A DNA stretch of 64,000 bases from Phycisphaerae bacterium (lineage in GTDB: Bacteria > Planctomycetota > Phycisphaerae > UBA1845). The translations under genes and the position numbers were made by a program. Of the stretch, positions 12,540 through 23,700 are shown in pieces (the first letter of the stretch is position 1; every line of letters starts with the position of its first letter). The notes below the pieces were generated by a model, which saw nothing but the letters and a program-made list of their open reading frames with translations, had not been told where the DNA came from and ran no database searches. Location: the NCBI GenBank assembly GCA_963666835.2, contig CAXXGO010000006.1, positions 2,080,001 through 2,144,000 of the forward strand. The letters run 5' to 3'.

Positions 12540-14870
12540 ATGCAGAAGACCGTCGAGAACCTCTCGCTGTTTCTGCTGATCGTGGTGGTGGTAGTTCGCC
12601 CCTTGGTCGCGGAGACGTACGATTCGGCCGGCAGTCCGCTTACTGCCGCGCTGGGCGCCGTCTCCGATCCCACGCCGGTCCGAACGCTGGTGTTTGACCT
12701 GGCAATTCTCATCGGTGCGTGCGGCTGGCTGGCCTCGCGCTTCTTCGGGACGCCCCGGCGGTATCGCTGGACCGGACTCGAGTGGGGCGGCGGGTTGATT
12801 ATCGTGGCGGCCGTGATCTCGTGCGTGTTCGCCGGCAACAAGCGCCTGGCCATTAACGCTTCTGCAGATTGGCTGTGCTTGATTGTTCTGACGATCGGCC
12901 TGGTTCAACTCATGCACCGGCGTTGGCAGCGCCGGTTAGTGCTGGCCGCGGTGATGGCGTCGGCATGTGCTCAGGCGGTTCATTGTGCTGACGAGTACTT
13001 CTGGGGCTTCCCGGATACATGGGCCCATTACGAGAGTATGAAGGCGGAGTTCTGGGCTCAGCAAGGAGTCGAGCTGGACTCGGCCAAGGTTGAGATGTTC
13101 GAGCGGCGGATGAGGGCCCACGAAGCCTCGGGCTATTTCCCGCACAGCAATATCGCCGGGGCTTATCTTATCATGTGCGGGCTGGTAGGGGTTGGAATTA
13201 CCGCGGTGCAATGGCGATGGGCGGCGGACCCGGTCGGGGTCGCTTTGGCGGTATTCTGCACACTGGCTGTCGCGGTGGTCCTGCTGGCCGCGTTTCTGAC
13301 CGGGAGCCTGGGGGCTCTGGTGGCCGGCGGTTTCGGGGTGGTTGTCTGGCTGTTCGTTCGATGGAAGGCCTTGTGGATAGACCGGCATCGCCGCGGAGCC
13401 TTGGTTATCGGGTGGGTGTGTGCGGTGGTGGGGATGTTGGCTTTCGTCGGGCACGGTCTGGTTCACGATCGGTTCCCCCACATGTCGCTGACCTTCCGAT
13501 GGCAATACTGGAAGGCGTCGGCCGGACTGATGGCGGATCATGTTTGGACCGGTGTCGGCCGGGAGAACTTCGGCCGCAAGTACCTGCAATACAAGCCGAT
13601 AGACAGCCCCGAGGAGATTTCCAATCCGCACAATCTGTTTGTACAGGCAATGTCGGAGTGGGGCGTGCTCGGACTGGGTGGCATCGTCGTGATTCTGGTT
13701 GGAGTGTCGCGGGTTGTTGCCCGTCCGGTGCTGCGCCGCGGTTTCCGGGATGACGACGCGGAACCGGAGCCGGGGTTGGTGGCATGGTGGCTCTGGGGCG
13801 GCGCGTTGTTGGTTACTTTGACGGTGGTACGGCTGGCGTTGATCGATACGGATGCAGACAAGTTCTTCGCTTTCGCATACTCCACGAGCGTCGTAACCGG
13901 GATGGCGTGGCTGGCGGGGTTTGCGGCGTTTAGTTTTAACGATCAGGCCGGTATCGGCAGCAGTCCGTTGAAGAAGGGGGGGAAGAAGCGCGACCGGGTT
14001 ACTGGAAGCGACCCCATTGGCTTTCTTGAACGCCCGATTGTGCCAACGGCCCTAGCGGTGGCTCTTCTGGTCTTCCTGTTGCAGGACATGATCAATTTTG
14101 CGTCCTTTGTTCCCGGATCGGCGACGACTTGCTTTACGCTGCTGGCGGTTTGTGTTGCCCAGCGAGTGGGGGTTGAGCCGGTGCCGGCCGGGCGGGGAAA
14201 CCGAGGGCGGATCGCGGCGATTGTCGCGGGATTGTTGGCTACGGTGGGTTTCGTCGTTTTGACGGCCTGGCCGGTTGTGAGCGCCAACCGTAGCCTGGTC
14301 CGCGCTGAGAAGATGGCTCCGCAGATCGCCCCGGCGCCGATCAGCAGTCAGCTTGCCGACCGGTTCTACCGGGAGGCGCTGGCGGCCGATCCGCTGGATC
14401 CGACTCCCGCGGTTGCCCGCGCCGGGTGGCTCTATTCGATCACGAGCATCCCGCAGTTGCGGGAGCCGGCGTTCGCTCTGGCGGTGGAATCCGTCGAGGA
14501 GGCTCGGAAGCGTGATCCGTTCGACGTCAAGCTGCCGCGAATGCTGATGCAGCTTCATCGAGCCGAGGCGGAGTATATGCACGCCCCGGAGGATTATCTC
14601 TCCGCGGTGCGTGCCGCCGAAGAGGCACTGAAGCTGTATCCGCTCGACCCGCCGGGGATCAAGTCGCTGGCCGACTGCCTGACGGAAGCCGGGACGGCGT
14701 CCGGCTCGCAAGACCTGCTGCGTCAGGCGCTTGAGACATATCAGAAGGCGATGGATGTCGACGATTCCCGGCTCGAATGGGAGACCATCCGCCGGTTCCG
14801 TGCGCGGGAGCTGGATGAGATCCGAGAGCAGATGAACGGGATCCGGCAGCGTCTGTCGGCGACCGAATAG
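12540..14870 (+). CDS. O-antigen ligase (Wzy_C) family membrane protein with C-terminal TPR-like region
   Basis: Many TM segments; GYFPHSN, LTGSLG, RWQYW...WTGVGRENF, NPHNLFVQ; C-terminal helical repeats (ALAADPLDP, ALKLYPLDP). Confidence 0.8.
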   Translation: MQKTVENLSLFLLIVVVVVRPLVAETYDSAGSPLTAALGAVSDPTPVRTLVFDLAILIGACGWLASRFFGTPRRYRWTGLEWGGGLIIVAAVISCVFAGNKRLAINASADWLCLIVLTIGLVQLMHRRWQRRLVLAAVMASACAQAVHCADEYFWGFPDTWAHYESMKAEFWAQQGVELDSAKVEMFERRMRAHEASGYFPHSNIAGAYLIMCGLVGVGITAVQWRWAADPVGVALAVFCTLAVAVVLLAAFLTGSLGALVAGGFGVVVWLFVRWKALWIDRHRRGALVIGWVCAVVGMLAFVGHGLVHDRFPHMSLTFRWQYWKASAGLMADHVWTGVGRENFGRKYLQYKPIDSPEEISNPHNLFVQAMSEWGVLGLGGIVVILVGVSRVVARPVLRRGFRDDDAEPEPGLVAWWLWGGALLVTLTVVRLALIDTDADKFFAFAYSTSVVTGMAWLAGFAAFSFNDQAGIGSSPLKKGGKKRDRVTGSDPIGFLERPIVPTALAVALLVFLLQDMINFASFVPGSATTCFTLLAVCVAQRVGVEPVPAGRGNRGRIAAIVAGLLATVGFVVLTAWPVVSANRSLVRAEKMAPQIAPAPISSQLADRFYREALAADPLDPTPAVARAGWLYSITSIPQLREPAFALAVESVEEARKRDPFDVKLPRMLMQLHRAEAEYMHAPEDYLSAVRAAEEALKLYPLDPPGIKSLADCLTEAGTASGSQDLLRQALETYQKAMDVDDSRLEWETIRRFRARELDEIREQMNGIRQRLSATE

Positions 14871-14902
14871 CCAGGCGCCGAATGCACGCGATCGCCGTTC
14901 CC

Positions 14903-15513
14903 GTCGCGGCAGGTCTCGTTCCTCGACCGTGCCCTACGGAACGGGTGGCCCATGGCTTTAGCCGTGGGGGATGCCCGCAATCCGTACGGCGAGCGTAAGC
15001 GACCCGCTCCGGGCGTGTGGTGCATTGGGCCGGCTCCCTGACGGTTGCGATACTGACATGCTGGAGGCACTCCCCGGCAGTCGCGGGGCTGATGTATCAG
15101 AGGCATTCTCTGGCAGTCTGCAGGCAGGATGCCTACGCTACGGTAGTCGCGGCAGGTCTCGTTCCTCGACCGTGCCCTACGGGTGGCCCATTGCTTCAGC
15201 GGTGGGGGATGCCTAAGGAATGTCAAATATGTGGCAGTAGTCGCGGCAGGTCTCGTTCCTCGACCGTGCCCTACGGAGGTGCCGGCGGGGTGGCATGGGC
15301 CAACTTGTTGGCCCGTGGCGGGTTGTGTTTTACGAGTGGTGCGTTGTGGAGCGTTCTGCAGGCAGGATGCCTACGCTACGGTAGTCGCGGCAGGTCTCGT
15401 TCCTCGACCGTGCCCTACGGAACGGGTGGCCCATGGCTTTAGCCGTGGGGCTGTCGTTCCTCGACCGTGCCCTACGGGTTGCGGCAGCTTCTGTGCCTCG
15501 ACCGTGCCCTACG
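14903..15513. repeat. Mosaic REP cluster (BIME-like)
   Basis: 37-bp gtcgcggcaggtctcgttcctcgaccgtgccctacgg at 14903, 15146, 15240 and 15384, partial copies near 15454 and 15481; interleaved with ctgcaggcaggatgcctacgctacgg (x2) and gggtggcccatggctttagccgtgggg-type (x3) elements. Confidence 0.9.
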
Positions 15514-15527
15514 ATGCGGCGGTTGGG

Positions 15528-16034
15528 CTACTCGCTGATGACCCAAGTCTTGTGTTCGTCAAGGACGAAGTGGTAGGTCGAGTAGTCTCGTTGGACCAGC
15601 TCGCTGTTGCGGCCGTCGATGCGGATAACCACCAGCTTGTCCCAGCGGATCGGGATGCGGCTGACGTTGATGGAGAACTCGGCGACGTCGTGCGTTTCGA
15701 TGGTCAGCTTGTTTCGATCCGCGTCGAACGAGCCGGTGGCCCAAGCCCCTGCGGCTTCGCCGCGCACTTTGTGGATTGCCAGCCACTCGGCGCCGTCGTT
15801 TGCCGTAGCGCCGATCTCCACGCGGGTGGGGATCGGTTCCGGTGGGGGGGCGGGGTTGGTCTCCACCTGGCCGGCGACCGGCACTTCCGACCGGGTCGGG
15901 CAGGCGGCGTCCGGGGTGCAACAGAACAAAAGCAGGCACAGGCTCCCCGAGCCGATACAGCCCGATAACGATAACCGGCGGGCACTTCCCGGCCTTCGGC
16001 CGCGGTTCGGGATTGATGCACGGTTGAGGTTCAT
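15528..16034 (-). CDS. Hypothetical exported or lipoprotein-like protein
   Basis: AGGAGG RBS before the ATG; hydrophobic Cys-containing segment, Pro-rich linker, beta-rich domain. Confidence 0.6.
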   Translation of the reverse strand: MNLNRASIPNRGRRPGSARRLSLSGCIGSGSLCLLLFCCTPDAACPTRSEVPVAGQVETNPAPPPEPIPTRVEIGATANDGAEWLAIHKVRGEAAGAWATGSFDADRNKLTIETHDVAEFSINVSRIPIRWDKLVVIRIDGRNSELVQRDYSTYHFVLDEHKTWVISE

Positions 16035-16219
16035 GGAGACCACCTCCTGAGTCGCGGGCGCGACCCCGTTGAGGTCGAAGAGAATCAACAGGCTCACGTT
16101 CCCAGGGAAGCCGCTCCGCGGCAACCCTGAGCTTGGGGACGGAAGCTAACGTCGCCGAGCCCGGTTGCCAAGGCGACCGCGATCTTGTACCGTCCATCCC
16201 CCCGAAAGGACGCATACTA

Positions 16220-16774
16220 ATGACCCGAAGCAGAAAAGAACCGATCACCCGCTCAACGACGATCCTGGCCGTCCGGCGGGACGACAGTGTCGCAATTGGT
16301 GGCGACGGACAGGTTTCCATCGGCGACACGGCCGTCAAGCACAACGCCCGCAAGATCCGACCTTTGGCCGAAGGGAAGGTTCTATGCGGGTTTGCCGGAT
16401 CAACGGCCGACGCCTTTGCCCTGTTGGAGCGGTTTGAGGTGAAACTCGAACAGCACAAGGCCAACGTGCGGCGGGCCGCGATTGAGCTTGCCAAAGAGTG
16501 GCGTACGGACCGGGTCCTACGGCGTCTTCAGGCAATGCTGGTGGCGGTGGCGAAGGACGCCACGCTCATGCTGAGCGGGTCCGGGGACGTAATCGAACCG
16601 TCCGACGGGGTCGTTGGGATCGGCTCGGGGGGGATGTACGCGTCCGCGGCCGCCAAGGCGCTGATCAGCCATACCGATCTGCCACCCGAGCAGATTGTCA
16701 GGACTTCGCTCGGTATCGCGGCGGACATCTGTGTTTACACGAACCATGATCTGACGATCGAGGTATTGGAATAA
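16220..16774 (+). CDS. hslV: ATP-dependent protease subunit HslV
   Basis: [52 protein letters not shown]. Confidence 0.98.
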   Translation: MTRSRKEPITRSTTILAVRRDDSVAIGGDGQVSIGDTAVKHNARKIRPLAEGKVLCGFAGSTADAFALLERFEVKLEQHKANVRRAAIELAKEWRTDRVLRRLQAMLVAVAKDATLMLSGSGDVIEPSDGVVGIGSGGMYASAAAKALISHTDLPPEQIVRTSLGIAADICVYTNHDLTIEVLE

Positions 16775-16874
16775 GATAAGGGGATGCAACGGTGCGCAGC
16801 GCGGCGATTCGATCCTCTTGCCGGTTCGGTCGTCGCTGCGATCTGATATTCCGTTCAACTTATCCGGGACGACC

Positions 16875-18218
16875 ATGCAGGAATTGACTCCTAAGCAGAC
16901 TGTTGAGGCACTCGATAAGTATATCGTCGGCCAGAACGCGGCGAAGCGGGCGGCGGCCGTGGCTATCCGAAACCGCTGGCGGCGTCGCCAACTTCCGGAC
17001 GAGCTGCGCGACGAAGTCGGCCCGAGCAACATGATTTTGATGGGCCCCACCGGAGTCGGAAAGACTGAGATTGCCCGGAGGCTGGCCAATCTGGTGAACG
17101 CGCCATTCATTAAGGTCGAGGCCACCAAATACACCGAAGTGGGCTACCACGGTCGTGATGTAGAGAGCATGATCCGCGATCTCGTGGAATTAGCCATCCA
17201 CATGGTCAACGCCGAGCAGACTGAGGTCGTGCGGGCGGAGGGGGAGCGGCTTACGGAGGAGCGGTTGATCGATGCCCTCATGCCGCCGACGGACTTCGAC
17301 CGGATGGATGACGCTCCCCAGAGCGAGACGGCCGAACGCCGCCACCGCAGTCGCGAGAAGATGCGGGTCCAACTCCGCGAAGGGGAACTGGACGATCGGG
17401 TAGTAGAGATCAGCGTTGAGTCGCGCGGTACGCCGATCGGGGTCATGGCCACGCTCGGCGGCGACCAGCTCGACAACGACTTCCAGGGCTTGATGGATCG
17501 GCTGATCCCTTCGCAATCGAAATCGCGGTCGGTACCGATCCGCGAAGCTCGCAAGATCATCTTCGACCAGGAGTGCGACAAGCTGATCGACCGTGATAAG
17601 GTCATCGAGCGCGCCGTGCGGCGGACCGAGAACTCCGGAATCGTGTTCCTTGACGAACTGGACAAGCTGACCGCGCCGAGCCAGAGCCACGGGCCGGACA
17701 TCTCGCGGCAGGGGGTGCAGCGCGATTTGCTTCCGGTCATAGAAGGCTGCACGGTCAACACTCGCTACGGTCCGGTGAAGACGGACCACATTCTCTTCAT
17801 CGCGGCCGGGGCGTTCCATGTGTGCAAACCCAGCGATCTCATGCCGGAGCTTCAGGGACGGTTGCCCATTAGGGTGGAGCTGGACGATCTGACCCGTGAC
17901 GATTTCGTGCGGATCCTCACGGAACCGGAGAACGCGCTGACCAAGCAGCAGACCGCATTGCTCGCCACCGAGGGAGTGTTGATCGAGTTCACCGAGGACG
18001 CGATCGCGACCCTGGCCGACACGGCTTACCGCGTTAATGAATCGACGGACAACATCGGAGCCCGGCGGCTGACCACGGTGATGGAGAAGCTCATGGAGGA
18101 GATCAGCTTCACCGCTCCGGACCGGAACGGTGAGACGATCCGGATCGACGCGGCCCACGTCACCGAGCGGCTAGCGAGTATCAGTCAGGACAGCGACCTG
18201 AGCCGGTTCATCCTGTGA
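16875..18218 (+). CDS. hslU: ATP-dependent protease ATPase subunit HslU
   Basis: GPTGVGKTEIARRLA, KVEATKYTEVGYHGRDVESM, GVQRDLLP, C-terminal DLSRFIL. Confidence 0.99.
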   Translation: MQELTPKQTVEALDKYIVGQNAAKRAAAVAIRNRWRRRQLPDELRDEVGPSNMILMGPTGVGKTEIARRLANLVNAPFIKVEATKYTEVGYHGRDVESMIRDLVELAIHMVNAEQTEVVRAEGERLTEERLIDALMPPTDFDRMDDAPQSETAERRHRSREKMRVQLREGELDDRVVEISVESRGTPIGVMATLGGDQLDNDFQGLMDRLIPSQSKSRSVPIREARKIIFDQECDKLIDRDKVIERAVRRTENSGIVFLDELDKLTAPSQSHGPDISRQGVQRDLLPVIEGCTVNTRYGPVKTDHILFIAAGAFHVCKPSDLMPELQGRLPIRVELDDLTRDDFVRILTEPENALTKQQTALLATEGVLIEFTEDAIATLADTAYRVNESTDNIGARRLTTVMEKLMEEISFTAPDRNGETIRIDAAHVTERLASISQDSDLSRFIL

Positions 18219-18576
18219 CATCCTCCGTCGAAAGGCGGGACCCGCCCCGGGGAGATTTCCGGGCCAGGGTACCCAGAGACGCCCCCGGCGAGGCGGTTGT
18301 GTCCTTCGTTCACGGACCGGAGGGAAGCGTCGGACGCCCTTTGGAACCCGGCGGGGAACGGCGTACCGGGTTGGCAGCGTTTTGTGGCATCAGGAGTGGG
18401 TCTATTATAGGACGTTATGTCCTGCTTTCGGGCGCTGCGAATCTTATCGAAACAAACTCAGATGCGGCCATTGCCACAAGTCGATCTTTTGGCGTAGGAT
18501 ACGCCCGTTGTTCACCGGAGTAGTCTTTGGGCATGGTTTGTTCCGTTCGGTTGGTAGTTCCAGGAAGGGAGTTGCG

Positions 18577-18777
18577 TTGATCAAGATCAGGCCTCGCGGC
18601 AATGAGTCTATTCAGCAGATGTTGAAGCGCTTCAAGCGCTTGTGTCAGCGCGAGGGGTTGACGCGCGATATGAAACGCCACAGCTATTACGAGAAGCCGT
18701 CCGAGCGGAAGCGGCGGCAGTCGCGCAAGGCTGCTCGTAAGGTTGAGCGGGACGATCGACCGTCGTTTCGGCGGTAG
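18577..18777 (+). CDS. rpsU: 30S ribosomal protein S21
   Basis: IKIRPRGNESIQQMLKRFKR...YYEKPSERKRR; TTG start after GAAGGGAG. Confidence 0.93.
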   Translation: MIKIRPRGNESIQQMLKRFKRLCQREGLTRDMKRHSYYEKPSERKRRQSRKAARKVERDDRPSFRR

Positions 18778-19009
18778 AGAGCTTTGGCTTCCGGGGTGTG
18801 CGGCCGTGGGGGTTCTTCTCTACGGCGGCCCCGTGCGTCTTGTGCAGATCGGTTTAGTTCCGGGCTTCACCCAGCGTTACTAATCATCGGTGGTTGAGTT
18901 GTATCAGCTCGGGTCGGCGTCGGTGGTTGTCACCGGGTGACGTCGGCTTGGGCTACCGCTATATTCTGTTTGCGGCGAAGTTAACTCCCGGCAACGGAGG
19001 TAATGAGTT

Positions 19010-19792
19010 ATGGTCGAGCAGAAGGTCGCCCTGGTTACGGGTGGTTCGCGCGGCATCGGTAGGGCGATTTGTCTGGAGCTCGCCCGGGCCGGCTACGCGG
19101 TGCTCGTGAATTTCAACGAGAACGTCGGTGCGGCCGAAGAGGTGCGGGAACTAGTTGAAGAGCAGGGCGCGCCGGCCGAAATCTGCCAGGGGGATATATC
19201 GGCTAAGTCGCACCGCGACCTGCTAGTAGCGTTCACCATGGAGCGTTTCGGGCGGATCGACCTGCTGGTCAACAACGCGGGTATCTCTCCGAAGACACGA
19301 ATGGACATTCTCGAGACCGATGAGAAGAGCTTCGACCGGGTGCTCTCCACCAACCTTCGCGGGCCGTACTTCCTCACGCAGCGCGTCGCCAAGGAGATGA
19401 TCGGTCTGATCGAGGCCGGGGTCATCGAGGGCGGGGCGGTCGTTAATATCGGCTCCATCCGCTCGTTCACCGCCGCGAGCAACTACGGTGAGTATTGTGT
19501 CAGCAAAGCTGGCTTGAGCATGGTCACGCGGTTGTTCGCGGCCCGCCTGGCCGAGCACGGGATTAACGTCTACGAGATCAGCCCGGGGATCATCGAAACG
19601 GACATGACCTCGCGTCCGGAAGTGCGCGAATACTATAACGGCAAACTCAGCGACAAGATGACACCCATCAACCGCTGGGGTAAGCCGGAGGAAGTAGCCC
19701 TCGCCGTAGGCGCAATCGCCCGCGGCCACTTCCCCTTCAGCACCGGAAACGTCCTGAACGTAGACGGTGGCTGGCACCTGCGCGAGCTGTAG
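19010..19792 (+). CDS. Short-chain dehydrogenase/reductase (3-ketoacyl-ACP reductase-like)
   Basis: TGGSRGIG, NNAG, YCVSK catalytic motif, PGIIETDM. Confidence 0.93.
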   Translation: MVEQKVALVTGGSRGIGRAICLELARAGYAVLVNFNENVGAAEEVRELVEEQGAPAEICQGDISAKSHRDLLVAFTMERFGRIDLLVNNAGISPKTRMDILETDEKSFDRVLSTNLRGPYFLTQRVAKEMIGLIEAGVIEGGAVVNIGSIRSFTAASNYGEYCVSKAGLSMVTRLFAARLAEHGINVYEISPGIIETDMTSRPEVREYYNGKLSDKMTPINRWGKPEEVALAVGAIARGHFPFSTGNVLNVDGGWHLREL

Positions 19793-19890
19793 CGGTATTG
19801 GGCTGGGTGGCCGCATCTCTTTGGAGTTGGGGGACTGCCCGATTGCCGCAATCGAACTCCGACGGGTTACGCGAGCCGAAGGATGTTGTT

Positions 19891-20080
19891 CAACCCACTT
19901 CGGGGTTGGTGCGTGTGGGGGCTCTGTGCCCCAGGGTGGCACTCCGCGGCTACGCCGCTTCGTTTACCCTGGGCTTTGTTGTAGAACGCCTTCGGCGTAA
20001 CTTCAGAAGGCGCGTGTCATGCGATGACCACGGCAGGTCTCGTTCCTCGACCGTGCCCTACGCGAGCGTTAGCGACCCGC
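19891..20080. repeat. Second hairpin/REP cluster
   Basis: Hairpins caaccc..gggttg, cccagggt...accctggg and acgcc-ttc-ggcgt; a copy of the 14.9-kb REP at 20031-20062, followed by gcgagcgttagcgacccgc (a near-identical copy lies at about 14989). Confidence 0.8.
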
Positions 20081-20686
20081 CCTTGACTGATGCGCGTTGT
20101 CATACGAACCGAACTGTCTGCAGCAGAATGCTTCGCAGGACTCCAGGATGGGGCAGTCCCAGGCTCCTTTGAAGGTGGCGAGTATGTCGGGCCAAGAGAA
20201 GTTGCCGTTGTCGATGACGTCCCGGAGTTCTTTCATAATGGCCAAAGCGGAGGCCGAAAGGGTGCCGACCGGGCACCAGGTGGAGATTTCACAACCAACG
20301 TAGCAGTGTTGCCACTTGTCCAGCTCCGGCGGTCTACACTGGGTGGGGCGAGGGCGATGGCTGTCGTAATGGACTGCCATGACGAATGCGGAGGCAATGC
20401 CGGACAAGACAATGGGCCGTGCCGCCGGCTCATTGAGGTACCGCAGGTCTCGGCCGGCTCTGGTGAGACGAGTTATCCATGTGACCAGATCATGGCCGGG
20501 CGCCGGTGGGGCTTGCGGGGTAGGCGCCGCAGCCATTGGCGCAGTCTTTGAAACACCGCCGCCGATCGAAGGTGTGTTCGCGGCAACTAGCGTGATAACG
20601 GCCAGACTAAGCAACGCCAGGCTCGCGCAAGTGTGGTCGGGAATGCGGGCATCCCGGAATATCAGGTTCGACAGGCGATGTTTCAC
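20069..20686 (-). CDS. Exported Cys-rich hypothetical protein (DKxxHC motif)
   Basis: GTG start after AAGGAG; hydrophobic segment; C-terminal DKWQHCYVGC...KELRD...SWPDILA with 8 Cys. Confidence 0.65.
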   Translation of the reverse strand: MKHRLSNLIFRDARIPDHTCASLALLSLAVITLVAANTPSIGGGVSKTAPMAAAPTPQAPPAPGHDLVTWITRLTRAGRDLRYLNEPAARPIVLSGIASAFVMAVHYDSHRPRPTQCRPPELDKWQHCYVGCEISTWCPVGTLSASALAIMKELRDVIDNGNFSWPDILATFKGAWDCPILESCEAFCCRQFGSYDNAHQSRAGR

Positions 20687-20730
20687 AATTGCGCTCCTTG
20701 CATCGTTCGCACAGGGCCCGGTCCGGCGCG

Positions 20731-23700
20731 TTACGGTTCGGCCGACCGGCGGTTCCAAGCCTCCATGGCGCGGAGTTTGGCGGCTCGAATAGCCGGATCC
20801 TGTTCCCGCTCCCATGGGGGAGCGTCCTGTGCCAGGGTCTCGACGAGCCGGTAATCGCATCTCAGTTCATTGGCTGGTGTACGCAGGGCTTCGAGACTGG
20901 CCCACTCCAGAGTCTCTCCACCCAGATTCGTATTGCGGATGTCCGTCAGATCCGTCTGCTGTGGGGAGAACTCTGCCCGGCTGAGGTCTTTGTCAGCAAG
21001 TGCTAAGTGTCGGTCAGGTGCCACGATCACTCCGAGTGATCCTCCCAAGGGGGAGCCGAAGGGTGGAGAACAGGCGTCGGGAACGCTGCCGAGAACGGAC
21101 GTGAAAAGCGTCTCGCCGAGACGCTCGTCTGCGATTAGACCGACGGATGGTCCGATTCGATGGAGAAACGGCCCCTCGACGATCTCGGCGGCTTGCGCAG
21201 ATTGGGCCGCGCTCCAGACTATGGCGTAGGTCGACTCGGGACCGCAGAAGTACTCGACGAAGACCGTTGGGAAGATCAACCCCCGGCCGCGATGCTTGGC
21301 GGAGAATTCCCGCATGGCCTGCAGATCACTGGAGAGTCGAATGAGGCTCTCCGGCTCCTCGGGCGGGGCGGCTTGCTTCGCTTCCCAGATCCGCTGCAGC
21401 AGAGCGAGCGTCTGCGCGGCAGTCAGCTCGGCCTGTTGCGGATCCGAACCGCCGCCGCCGGCCAGCGCTTCGGCCAACTCCCGTTCGACTGCTTCCCGGA
21501 TAGCGTGGCTGCCCAGCAGATCGTCCAGGTACTTAACCTCCGTCAAGACCGTTGCCAGTCCATCAGGCGGGGCGGAATCGGGAGCCCATTCCCATTGGAT
21601 TGCCTCGGTGTTCGGTCGTGACAGGGTCAAGACATACTCCGGGCGCAGTTCTGCGGCGAGTTGATTCAATGCCCCCTCGGCCGACTCCCGTTCGATTCCG
21701 TCGGGAACCTGATCCAACGCCCAGCGGGCTTGGAACGAGATCCGCAGACTGGGCGAACCGGGCGTGGAGTCGAGTTCCGGTCGGTCGATGATCTCCAGGC
21801 GCGGCTGGATATACCGCGTCTCCCATTCGGCGACGTTATCCAATCCGGGCGGAGCGGTTCCATCGATCCACGGGTCCGGCACGCCGGCGGTAAGCGGGGA
21901 ACCCGCGCCCGGCGGGTGCTCGTAGTCGCGCAATTCAGCGTATTTCTCCAACAATGCCCAGTAGGCAGGGGCCTCCCAATCACGGAGCAACCGCTCGGGC
22001 GATCCCAACGGCACCACCAGTTCCACTCGGTCGGCCGGATCCAGCTCCGCCGGGTTGGCGTTGACATCAGCAATCCACGGGGCGGCTGCGGCCACGTGCA
22101 GCCCTTCGGCGGTTGAGCCGTCTATTTCGACGAAGTTCGGCTCCGGGTAGATACGTCTGATCCAGTGGGTCTCTTCGAGTCCGGCGTTGACGTTATCGAT
22201 GATGTCCAGGGACTGCTCCAGACCGTCTAACACTTCTGCCCAGCTCCGCTGGGGTACAAAGCGAAGATCTTCGGAGCTCCATCTTGCTTCCACAACCAGC
22301 GGCCGGAGGTTGGCGGTGTTGAAGGTCACCTGTTCGGCACTCTTGAGCATTACTCCCACATCAGACGGGCGGTCAATCTGCACGGCCTCCCGCACATCAT
22401 AGGGGTCGAGCCGGGCGACCCACTCGCTGGCGGAATCGGCTTGTTTTTCAAGCAGGATGGGCTCCAGGCCGGTGCGGACTCGGTTGCGGAGCTGCGTTTC
22501 ACTTGCGATCGGAATGGTGATATCACCGTCTTGGGCCACGAGAGGTATGTCCTCCAATCCGGTGACCTCCCGATCCCGCATAGTCACCGTCACCGAGGTC
22601 GCGGCCGACCAGAAGGAAAGATCGTCGGAGATTGCCCATGACGGCTCGGTGACACTAACCGTTATCAGGTCCGGTGCCGCGTAGGCCGTGAAATCTTGCC
22701 GGACTACGTCGCGCACTATTTCCGTGAGCCGAGCGGTTGGGCCTTCCCGGAGCAGTCTGTCCAACTCGGCGCAGTCGGCGCGAATTGAGGCGGCGTATTC
22801 CCGGGATAACGTCCATTCGTCGCCCCCGTCGGTAAGGACCAACTCGATCGGACGTTCGGTCGGGTCCAAGCCCGGCAGTCGATAGACTATCGTTGGAGTG
22901 CTGGGGATTCCTGTGGTTTCGGACGCCACCAGCCGGCTCGAAAGCGCGGCTCGGCGGACGAATACCGATCTGTTGAGCAGGTTGCCTATCTGCAGGGTCG
23001 GCAGATCCTCCAGTGACGGACCCATTGAGGAATCTTCTGTGATCAGATCGGTATCGTCGATTTCACTGGCGGGTTCATCGCTCCCCGGTGGTGCAGCCGG
23101 CTCCGAAGTGTCACCCGGCTGCGGTGCGACGACCACATTCTCTGGTTGTCCCAACTGGCTTGGCCATTGCAACCATACCGTCAGCGCAAGTGCCGCAATG
23201 ATGGCTGCTCCGATTCCTCCCCGGAGCTTCCATGACGATCCGGTGACACTTCTGGGTCGCGCGGGGACGACTTCAACTTCGTCCCGGCTCTCCGGGACGC
23301 GGCCGAGTTGCTTGAGGGCCTCTGCCGCGGTGGGCCGGTCCTCGGGGAGCCGGGCCAGCATCCGTCCGACGATGCTCTCCAAGCGCTGAAACTCAGGATC
23401 GGTCGATTCGCGGAGCAACCCCCGACTAGCGCCAGTGAACGGTAGCCATGCCATCGACTCGGCCATCGCCGCGAGGCGGTGGTCGTTGTGCCCCTCAAGA
23501 TACGGATGACGATGGTCGGCCATCAAGCGGAGGAGTATTCCGGCGGCAAAGACGTCAGAACCCGGCTCGAAAGTGCCCAGCGTGGCGGGGTTGCCGTACT
23601 TGTCGGGATCAATGAACCCGCAGATTCGGTTGTCGCTTTCGCTCTCCGGTGCCAGGACCTTCCAGACGGCCGTGCCCTGTTGCTCGGGCGGTCCGTCGCC

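Noticed and set aside
14903..15513. CRISPR array
   Set aside because: Spacing is irregular (repeat starts 243, 94 and 144 bp apart), the spacers themselves contain repeats, no cas genes are present, and another copy lies at 20031; REP elements fit better
14741..15968. ORFs across the repeat cluster
   Set aside because: They are translations of REP repeats (for example VVAAGLVPRPCPT) or antisense to a better-supported gene
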